Source: a virus
Taxonomy: Duplodnaviria; Caudoviricetes
DNA length: 64,000 bases
Virus record (IMG/VR): IMGVR_UViG_3300048549_001527
Reading direction: 5' to 3' (one strand)
Shown here: piece after piece, positions 55,872 to 63,034 of the stretch
Numbering within the stretch: the first letter of the stretch is position 1
Layout of the letters: each line of letters begins with the position of its first letter
Program-made: the position numbers and the translations under genes
The notes under the pieces: model-generated
What the model was told of the DNA's origin: nothing
Databases searched by the model: none
Seen by the model: only the letters and a program-made list of their open reading frames with translations

Positions 55872-55879
55872 TATTTATA
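55872..55879 (-). promoter_or_regulatory. T4-type late promoter for the secreted-protein operon
   Basis: Exact TATAAATA, 44 nt upstream of ATG 55828. Confidence 0.7.
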
Positions 55880-55933
55880 AGTTTTTTAAGAGTGTCAAAG
55901 TTTTGACACATAATATAATTTGACAGTTGCAAA

Positions 55934-57262
55934 ATGAAAACAATCGTTAACAAAATAAAAATTTGGACGTGGGATATAGCTGTTTGCCCGGTGCACAAGA
56001 CGGCAATGTGGTATGGACCAGAGTCTCAAAAATTTGGCGAATCTTTGGATCAAGTTAAAACAATTTGGTATGATAAAAAAATACGAGAACAGTTTTTTAA
56101 ATATTTTGCAGACGAACAAGACGAAGAATGTTATGGAGAATTTAGACCTTCATACAAAATAATAAATCAAGATGTAGTCAACGATAACGATATAAATCTT
56201 ATAATTTTACCAGGTGATGATACTCGTACTTTAGCTGAAATTCCTGGGTTATTATTAAAAAATCAAGACTTAATAAACTTTGCAAATAACAATAATGTTA
56301 CGATAGTTATAGCATGGATATTCGAGCATATATCGTTAAATCCTGATTACTATATAGGTAATCCTGATTTTAAAAATTTCTTTTTAGAATTTGATAAATT
56401 GTGTGAACAGTTACCACCAAGCAAATTTCAATGGCTGTTAAATTCATACGATACAAACCACAAACATCTTGATATTGGAACACACCTTGAAAAATATAAA
56501 CCATATGTAACACACATTGATTGTTTTGATAAGATTTCTCATTTTCCATATATTCAGTGGGATCCGTATGCAAATCATGAATACAAGTTATCAGTGCCAG
56601 TTGGAATGATAGACGGAAGGTGGCTACGTTTAGACTTAATTGCTGAATTGATTGAAAGAAACATATTATGGCAAGATGACGTAATACATACGCAAAACGT
56701 ACCAAACCCAGAAGCATCTATTAAAAAATATTTAGAAAATCCAGACCCAGTATTAAAACAATCTGTACACGATACTGTAAACCGCGTAGGTCCTGAAAAT
56801 GTTTTTAAACACCGTATTTTAAATGATAATGGCGAAGATATTAAAACGAGTTGGATGAAAGTTGCAACAGGACAATTTTGGTATAGGACTCCACCGCAAT
56901 TTATAGATTCGCAATTTCAAGTTGTAATTGAATCAAGAACTCATATACCATCAATTACTGAAAAAATTTATAGGCCATTAATGCTAGGGCAACCTTTTCT
57001 GTGGATTGGTGCGTCAGGTATAAAAACATATTTGGAAAGTAAAGGATATAAGTTTTATCCATGGATTGACTATTCGTTTGACGCGGAGCATAACCAATTA
57101 TATCGCTTTAACATGGTAATGGATGAAGTAGAAAGATTGTATCATACTGATTTGTCGCAGTATTTAATTGACAGCGATGAGATAAATATACATAATATAA
57201 AGGCATTTAGATATAATGAAAATGATATATCTGATATGGAAAGGTTTTTAAATGATTTATAA
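55934..57262 (+). CDS. Hypothetical protein with glycosyltransferase-like C-terminus
   Basis: VVIESR...ITEKIYRPLMLGQPF...GYKFY..IDYSFD, resembling the GT10-like TEK motif. Confidence 0.45.
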   Translation: MKTIVNKIKIWTWDIAVCPVHKTAMWYGPESQKFGESLDQVKTIWYDKKIREQFFKYFADEQDEECYGEFRPSYKIINQDVVNDNDINLIILPGDDTRTLAEIPGLLLKNQDLINFANNNNVTIVIAWIFEHISLNPDYYIGNPDFKNFFLEFDKLCEQLPPSKFQWLLNSYDTNHKHLDIGTHLEKYKPYVTHIDCFDKISHFPYIQWDPYANHEYKLSVPVGMIDGRWLRLDLIAELIERNILWQDDVIHTQNVPNPEASIKKYLENPDPVLKQSVHDTVNRVGPENVFKHRILNDNGEDIKTSWMKVATGQFWYRTPPQFIDSQFQVVIESRTHIPSITEKIYRPLMLGQPFLWIGASGIKTYLESKGYKFYPWIDYSFDAEHNQLYRFNMVMDEVERLYHTDLSQYLIDSDEINIHNIKAFRYNENDISDMERFLNDL

Positions 57263-57797
57263 AATAAAACTAAGACATGATTTTTCAACCTTTTTGAATG
57301 CTGATTACGAAAAACACAAAGGTAGTTGTATAAGTTACCAAGTTCGCGAACAAGAAGATATTCATAAAACATTTGGTGGATTTCCGGAAAGTTACTCCAA
57401 AGAAAACACAAAGATCCAACAACTATGGTTTGATCCTATTGATGTAGACTTTGAAGAGCTTGGCAATAAATTAAAGATTGAGCCAGTTACAATAAGTACG
57501 ATATTGCAACCGCCTGGGAATACTATTACAATGCATAGGGACACGTTTTTTAAAATAAATAAATTGTTTCCTGATGATAAACGTAAAAAGGTAAGAGCTA
57601 ATATTTACTTAGAAGATTGGGCTCCCGGCCATTTTATAAATTATCAAGATCATTACAAAAAATGGCAAACAAGTACTCATTGGAAAGCTGGTGATGGGTT
57701 TGTTTGGGATAGTGATCATTTACACCTTAGCGCAAATGCTGGCTTAACGCCAAAATATACTTTACAGATTAGTGGATTTTATAATGGAAGGGAATAA
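57252..57797 (+). CDS. Cupin/2OG-Fe(II) hydroxylase-like protein
   Basis: MHRDT, HLSANAG and YTLQISG motifs. Confidence 0.65.
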   Translation: MIYKIKLRHDFSTFLNADYEKHKGSCISYQVREQEDIHKTFGGFPESYSKENTKIQQLWFDPIDVDFEELGNKLKIEPVTISTILQPPGNTITMHRDTFFKINKLFPDDKRKKVRANIYLEDWAPGHFINYQDHYKKWQTSTHWKAGDGFVWDSDHLHLSANAGLTPKYTLQISGFYNGRE

Positions 57798-57799
57798 CT

Positions 57800-58063
57800 A
57801 TGAGCAAACCAATTAATGAATTAGAAGGTTGGGTATTTGAATATTTAAAAAATGAAACAGGTGAAGATTTAACAAGAGAACACTTGATTAGTAATTATAT
57901 TGATTCTTTAGACGTAATGAATATTGTTATGGAAGCCGAAGACGTATTTTATCCAGGAAAAGAAATTCCTGATAACGTAGTTAGAGAATGGATACAAAAC
58001 ATGGGTACCATTGGTGAATTCATCGATAATGTACATTCTTATGCAGTAAGACTTCAAACTTAA
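57800..58063 (+). CDS. Acyl carrier protein-like
   Basis: YIDSLDVMNIVMEAED (DSL phosphopantetheine motif); acidic; 87 aa. Confidence 0.7.
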   Translation: MSKPINELEGWVFEYLKNETGEDLTREHLISNYIDSLDVMNIVMEAEDVFYPGKEIPDNVVREWIQNMGTIGEFIDNVHSYAVRLQT

Positions 58064-58121
58064 AATAAATATATGGCGATAATCGCATTCCGATAACAAT
58101 TATAATAAATGAGGAAATAAA

Positions 58122-58604
58122 ATGAGCCATCAAAACGAATATGACGTGACTGTCGTTAAAGTAGTCGACGGTGATACTGTAGATGTAGATATTGATCTAG
58201 GTTTTGGTATTTGCCTAAAAGATGAAAGGGTACGCATCATGGGTATTGATACACCTGAGTCAAGAACGTCAGACCGTGTAGAAAAACTATTCGGTAAAGC
58301 ATCAAGTAAAAGACTCGGCGAGCTTTTAGAAAAAGACGCAAAACTTATCACAACTGAAAACAAACATGGCGAGGATATGAAAGGCAAATTTGGTCGTATC
58401 CTTGGTGATTTCAGAGCAGCCGATGGGCGTTTAATAACAGAAATCATGGCTGAAGAAGGACACTGCGTTCCGTATTTTGGTGGATCAAAAGAAGACACTC
58501 AAGCAGCTCATATGGCCAATCGTGAACGTTTACTCGCTGAAGGATTAGTTAATCGTGAAGATTACGATAAGATGGTTATTGCAGAAGCCAACGAAAAAAA
58601 ATAA
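58122..58604 (+). CDS. Staphylococcal nuclease (SNase)-like protein
   Basis: VVDGDT, RIMGIDTPE and KFGRILG motifs. Confidence 0.9.
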   Translation: MSHQNEYDVTVVKVVDGDTVDVDIDLGFGICLKDERVRIMGIDTPESRTSDRVEKLFGKASSKRLGELLEKDAKLITTENKHGEDMKGKFGRILGDFRAADGRLITEIMAEEGHCVPYFGGSKEDTQAAHMANRERLLAEGLVNREDYDKMVIAEANEKK

Positions 58605-58626
58605 TTCGTTTTCACTAAAAAAGTTG

Positions 58627-58655
58627 TTGACATTTGGTTTAGAATCAGTTATATT
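58627..58655 (+). promoter_or_regulatory. sigma70-type early promoter with GAATCAG
   Basis: TTGACA-tttggtttaGAATCAGt-TATATT. Confidence 0.8.
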
Positions 58656-58686
58656 GTTTATATAAGGTAAACAAAGGAACAACCAA

Positions 58687-58917
58687 ATGTCAACAATTAC
58701 ACATCTTCCAAACGGTTCAATGATTAAAGCTGATGTTGTCGAGAGCTTTCAAAAAGCAATCCGCAACGATTTTAACTTGCGCCCTGGTTTTGGTTCAACA
58801 GATTTTTGGAATTTTGTTGAGTCTGATATGTATATGGATCTTGCTGGAATTTACGCTTCAACATACATCGACGAATGCTTTGAAGCATTGGCTGATCTTG
58901 AAATGGAGACAGTATAA
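58687..58917 (+). CDS. Early hypothetical protein
   Basis: 76 aa, SD aaggaa. Confidence 0.6.
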   Translation: MSTITHLPNGSMIKADVVESFQKAIRNDFNLRPGFGSTDFWNFVESDMYMDLAGIYASTYIDECFEALADLEMETV

Positions 58918-59156
58918 TGGAACCTTGGATTCAAGAAACTCGCAATGGCTTTGAAATGGCTGAAGAAGAAATTAATCGTATTGAAGCTCGGCCTGCCCAA
59001 GGTGAACAGTCTTGCATGGTTCAGTCTGATATGAAACAGTGGGCTCTTAAAAAGGGTCTGTGGCCATCCGAACCATATAAGAATATGATTGTTCTGCACG
59101 CAATTGACCGTGGTTGGTTACAAGAAAACTTTACTGGAATGGAGATCGTAGAATGA
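58917..59156 (+). CDS. Early hypothetical protein
   Basis: 79 aa, coupled. Confidence 0.55.
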   Translation: MEPWIQETRNGFEMAEEEINRIEARPAQGEQSCMVQSDMKQWALKKGLWPSEPYKNMIVLHAIDRGWLQENFTGMEIVE

Positions 59157-59395
59157 ATAGTGTTGAAAATCCTTACATGGAAGACGTAATTGTAACTGAA
59201 GGATTACCACGCCACGGGTCGCCTCAAGATCGCGGTAGTGCAGATGCTTATTACCATCGTCCTTATGATCCTCATTACTATGTTGGTGATTCTATTACTT
59301 CGGAAAGAGTAGAAAAAGACAATATGACTGTTGGTGAAATTGAGGCTTATAAATACGGTTATGATAATGAAGACGATCGTAAGGATTGGGGATGA
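59153..59395 (+). CDS. Early hypothetical protein
   Basis: Likely start 59153; HGSP.DRG.AD.YY.R...PHY motif. Confidence 0.6.
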   Translation: MNSVENPYMEDVIVTEGLPRHGSPQDRGSADAYYHRPYDPHYYVGDSITSERVEKDNMTVGEIEAYKYGYDNEDDRKDWG

Positions 59396-59501
59396 TTTAT
59401 TGTATTAACGGCAAACGCTTTGATTGTGTTCTTGACGCCATAGAATACAGAGATATTCTTGATGCTCATTATATTAAAGTGGTATGGAAGCAAATTAACT
59501 A

Positions 59502-59530
59502 TTGACATTCTGTTTAGAATCAGTTATATT
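59502..59530 (+). promoter_or_regulatory. sigma70-type early promoter with GAATCAG
   Basis: TTGACA-ttctgtttaGAATCAGt-TATATT. Confidence 0.8.
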
Positions 59531-59561
59531 AGTTATATCAAATGGAAAAAAGGAATCAGTT

Positions 59562-59693
59562 ATGGAACAGTTTATCACATTAGGCGGCATCATCTTTCTT
59601 AGTGGTGTTATTGGATATATTCTTGGTAACCGCTCTGGTTGGGCAAGCGCTAAAGAAATTTATGGAAAAGATAATCCATATGTAGATGTATAA
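59562..59693 (+). CDS. 43-aa single-TM protein
   Basis: MEQFITLGGIIFLSGVIGYILG...; SD aaggaa. Confidence 0.55.
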   Translation: MEQFITLGGIIFLSGVIGYILGNRSGWASAKEIYGKDNPYVDV

Positions 59694-59695
59694 GG

Positions 59696-59914
59696 ACTAC
59701 TTTACTCAGCGTCCGTGTAGAGGGAACCGGACCTAGAAGCACTTGGAAGAAATCGACTTACAAATGACGACGGTGCTATCTAACAATCGTATTAGATAGT
59801 AAATATAGCGAAACTAGTAAGTTAGATCCAATTGGTTTCAATCAAACTAGAGCGGCAATGTCAATAAGGCCGTGCGGAGAGATTGGAGATACTAGGGGCG
59901 TTGAGTAAAGTAGT
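59696..59914 (+). ncRNA. Candidate structured ncRNA of about 220 nt, family unassigned
   Basis: 19-bp closing stem (59696-59714 with 59896-59914) containing two G-U pairs; several internal hairpins. Confidence 0.65.
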
Positions 59915-59920
59915 TTATCA

Positions 59921-59997
59921 CTCGGTGTAGCTTAGCTTGGTAAAGCGCCTGGTTTGGGACCAGGAGACCGTAGGTTCAAATCCTACTTCCGAGACCA
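59921..59997 (+). tRNA. tRNA-Pro(UGG)
   Basis: Anticodon arm cctgg-tttggga-ccagg; TTCAAAT T-loop; encoded CCA; one U-U mismatch in the acceptor stem. Confidence 0.9.
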
Positions 59998-60002
59998 AAG
60001 GA

Positions 60003-60177
60003 TAATGAGGAAAACCCGACTAGCAGGTAAGAACTCATTATACTAAACCCTATATGTGGTTCGAGGCGCGTCGGACATATAGGTCGGTAAAAAGCACTGG
60101 TACCGTAAAAAAACCCAGTCGGTTGTTGCATACGTCAAATGCAAATAAGGGGAGAGGCACTGCAGAAAGCCTCTCCC
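60003..60177 (+). ncRNA. Candidate structured ncRNA with H-type pseudoknot
   Basis: Four hairpins plus pseudoknot cggta/taccg and actgg/ccagt. Confidence 0.55.
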
Positions 60178-60204
60178 TCGAAAACTATACAAGGATAAAA
60201 TATT

Positions 60205-60978
60205 ATGTTTTGGAAAAAGAATCCAGTAATTAAATTTCATATACCGGATGATATGAATATAAAGCCATATCACCCTGTACCGGCTGATCGTAGTATTCCG
60301 GAATGGTTTGTAAAGACACCAAAAGGTTGCCCAGCAGGAAAGCTACCAAAAGGCCAAGATCCAAATAAAGATTCTACAATTAAAACATGTATGCCTGTTC
60401 TTGATGCAATGACTGGAGGATATGTTGTAAAATCTCCAGTAGATATGAACATAAGAGCTTGGAAAGAAGATGGTGACGTTCATTTTGGTTGTGAATGGGC
60501 TAAAAGCGGTATGTCAACACATGATTTTATTAATTTTCATGGTACATGGCAATTAGGAAAACACTCATTATTTGATAAAACACCACCAGACGCAGTTGCT
60601 CTAAAACTTATTACTTGGTTTTGTATTGAAACACCACCTGGATATAGTATCTTGGTTAATAGCCATCACAATAACGATCATTTAAAAGATCTAGGAATAG
60701 AATTTATGACTGGTATTATAGACTCAGACAAATATACATTAGAAATTAATTTTCCATTTATATTTACAAATTTTTCTAAAGAAGGTGTATTTGTACCACA
60801 AGGTACTCCACTTTTACAATTATTTCCATTTAAAAGAGAAGCCTGGAACCATGAAATTATTAGCATGATCCCAGGCGACGAGTTTAGTAAAAAACGCCAC
60901 CGCAACATTACTGCATTACAGAGTATGTTTCGCGCTGGCTATCGTAAAAATTTTCGTTCTGTCAAAAAGTTTAAATAA
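60205..60978 (+). CDS. Conserved marine phage hypothetical protein
   Basis: KTCMPVLDAMTGGY, TPPGYS, GIIDSD and QLFPFKRE.W motifs. Confidence 0.6.
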   Translation: MFWKKNPVIKFHIPDDMNIKPYHPVPADRSIPEWFVKTPKGCPAGKLPKGQDPNKDSTIKTCMPVLDAMTGGYVVKSPVDMNIRAWKEDGDVHFGCEWAKSGMSTHDFINFHGTWQLGKHSLFDKTPPDAVALKLITWFCIETPPGYSILVNSHHNNDHLKDLGIEFMTGIIDSDKYTLEINFPFIFTNFSKEGVFVPQGTPLLQLFPFKREAWNHEIISMIPGDEFSKKRHRNITALQSMFRAGYRKNFRSVKKFK

Positions 60979-61329
60979 TTAGTCGTCGCTACTTCCGCCG
61001 CGGCCTTTCAATGCATCAGCACCAAAGAAGGCTGAAACTAAGACTGCAATTGAAGCAAAATATGTTGGGGCAATATCTGCAATTAATTGTGCAGCAGTAT
61101 CTAATCCTAACCAGGATGTTAACATTATCCCAATTGGATAAAGTAAAAGACCGAATAGAGCAAACCACGCCATTTTACGTATGGCATCGCGTTGTGCATC
61201 GGCATCTTCCATTTCTAGCATTTTACGCTGCATATCGAGTTCTTCATTAGTGATCACTCCATCGCCATTATAATCCGCTGCTTTTGGATCATATTTAGAT
61301 GGCGCAGCTGCTTTTTTCTTACCTGCCAT
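60979..61329 (-). CDS. Membrane protein with EF-hand-like loop, holin-like topology
   Basis: DYNGDGVITNEEL followed by two TM segments. Confidence 0.55.
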   Translation of the reverse strand: MAGKKKAAAPSKYDPKAADYNGDGVITNEELDMQRKMLEMEDADAQRDAIRKMAWFALFGLLLYPIGIMLTSWLGLDTAAQLIADIAPTYFASIAVLVSAFFGADALKGRGGSSDD

Positions 61330-61378
61330 TTCATTCTCCTATAAAATTTTGAATTGCATGACAAATAACTCACGTTTT

Positions 61379-61390
61379 TATTTATAAATA
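61379..61390. promoter_or_regulatory. Overlapping divergent late promoters
   Basis: tatttataaata contains TATAAATA on both strands. Confidence 0.6.
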
Positions 61391-61403
61391 AAGAAAAGGA
61401 GGT

Positions 61404-61607
61404 TTGTTTTTGTATATAACACCCTGTGTATCAGTATGCCAAGTTGACGCTTTTACTGGTGTTTGCATTGGTTGTAAAAGAACGCAAAAGCAAATAAATC
61501 GCTGGAACGATTATACAGATGACCAACGTATGGAAGTAATGAAGTCGTTGGGTTACGGAAAACGTATGAGCAAAGAAGAGCGATTACGAAGGTATGATCG
61601 CGGATAA
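61404..61607 (+). CDS. DUF1289 family protein
   Basis: PCVSVC...CIGCKRT..QI..W motif. Confidence 0.75.
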   Translation: MFLYITPCVSVCQVDAFTGVCIGCKRTQKQINRWNDYTDDQRMEVMKSLGYGKRMSKEERLRRYDRG

Positions 61608-61640
61608 ATAAAACGTAGCCTAGTCGAATTATAGGAGGAG

Positions 61641-61829
61641 ATGAAAATGGCATTACAAACAGACGGTACAACTCGCATTACAAATGCTGGCGAGCTAGCA
61701 AATATTTCAGGAACGGACTCAGTTTCTGATGCTGCAATCAATACTGCTATTAAAAACCAAAACAATGTTCTAAGAATTTATAACGCTGCGGGTACTGAAG
61801 TTAAAACTTTATTCTGCGCTCAAAACTAA
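61641..61829 (+). CDS. Small putative virion protein (paralog of 62840-63025)
   Basis: GT..IT....L..I.GTD.....AIN.AI...N.L.I..A.GT.VKT shared with the paralog. Confidence 0.55.
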   Translation: MKMALQTDGTTRITNAGELANISGTDSVSDAAINTAIKNQNNVLRIYNAAGTEVKTLFCAQN

Positions 61830-61841
61830 AAGGTTTTTAAC

Positions 61842-62816
61842 ATGACAGTTAGGGCACCGGCGTATTTAGACACGTCCAATACTTTTATCACATATGTATA
61901 CTCTGCTAATTCCGTTCAAATGGAAAGCGTTTATAATTATGCGGCATATCGTTATACTACTAGTACAGCTGTAGAATTATCTGTTGTTTCATCTGGCGGT
62001 AATCTTGGAAATATGACTGACAGAAGAAAGCAAGCGGGTGATGCTGGATCTAATTCTGGAGCAGGACAAACATTTCCAACAGAAGCAGTTACTGATGATA
62101 TTAGCAATGTTGATACTACAGCTGCAACTATTTCCCAAACCGTTAATGTGACTAGTGAGCCAACATACACCGATGAAAACTACGCGTTTCCTGCATATGT
62201 TACCGCATCAGGTAATTTGCAGAATATGACCAAAGCTGACTTTTATGACACATACATATATCCAACAATTACTAGAATGACTGCTGGCGGATCTGGGGCC
62301 GACGCCGATAGAACTGGTACTTATATTATTAGTACCTTAAGTTCCATCACAGGGGCGCAATTGGTTTCAGCTACTCCTGTATTTACGGATACCCGTGCAA
62401 ATGCTGCAAGCTACACGGCTGCAGGTATTGCAGAAAATAACGACCAGCCTGTTGACATCAACGATTATTATTTACATCAAATTGTTCAAGTGCAACTAGC
62501 ACCAGCTGAAATTCCATTTTATATTAACAGTAGTGGTGAAATGAGACAATATAGTACAACTGCCTGGCGAAATATGTTAAGAGATCATTTAAAATATGTA
62601 GCATCTTCTGTTACTCCTTATAGAATACGCTATAATATTAACGGCGGCGGAAACAACTGTGGTACTGGTATGGCTGATACATATTTGTCTGGTACATCGG
62701 CTCAAGGTTACACTACAAGGTTTGACTCGGCCACAACTACATATTATGCTCAGGAATTTCCGAATGGTACACCAGCAACAAGAATAACATATTATTTAAG
62801 AATAACCGCGGATTGA
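61842..62816 (+). CDS. Putative virion structural protein (paralog of 63035-63982)
   Basis: Thr/Ser-rich; VSATPVFTDTRA and YYAQEFPNGTP...TYYL shared with the paralog. Confidence 0.6.
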   Translation: MTVRAPAYLDTSNTFITYVYSANSVQMESVYNYAAYRYTTSTAVELSVVSSGGNLGNMTDRRKQAGDAGSNSGAGQTFPTEAVTDDISNVDTTAATISQTVNVTSEPTYTDENYAFPAYVTASGNLQNMTKADFYDTYIYPTITRMTAGGSGADADRTGTYIISTLSSITGAQLVSATPVFTDTRANAASYTAAGIAENNDQPVDINDYYLHQIVQVQLAPAEIPFYINSSGEMRQYSTTAWRNMLRDHLKYVASSVTPYRIRYNINGGGNNCGTGMADTYLSGTSAQGYTTRFDSATTTYYAQEFPNGTPATRITYYLRITAD

Positions 62817-62839
62817 TAAATATCTGATAGGAGAAAAAC

Positions 62840-63025
62840 ATGGCAATTAAAGTAGGAACTGACACGGTTATCACCGACCTTAAAGCGCTCAACGGTATAA
62901 CTGGAACAGATGATACAACACAAACAGCAATTAATAATGCAATAGTAGCTGTTGATAATAAGCTCGTTATTAAAGATGCAACAGGTACGGCTGTAAAAAC
63001 AATTTATGGCGGACAATCCGCGTAA
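62840..63025 (+). CDS. Small putative virion protein (paralog of 61641-61829)
   Basis: Shares the pattern listed for 61641-61829. Confidence 0.55.
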   Translation: MAIKVGTDTVITDLKALNGITGTDDTTQTAINNAIVAVDNKLVIKDATGTAVKTIYGGQSA

Positions 63026-63034
63026 GGAAAAATC

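Noticed and set aside
59755-59825. Hammerhead ribozyme (ATGACGA...CGAAAC)
   Set aside because: The core C3 is replaced by A, and no stem III/NUH partner was found.
59921-59997. tRNA-Pro as a pseudogene because of the acceptor-stem mismatch
   Set aside because: All other arms, the C1-G72 pair, discriminator A and CCA are intact; it is more likely functional.
60005-60125. RNase P RNA (GAGGAAAACCCGAC resembles the P4 5' strand)
   Set aside because: Too short, the 3' consensus (ACAGAA-CCCGGCUUA) is not matched, and other conserved regions are missing.
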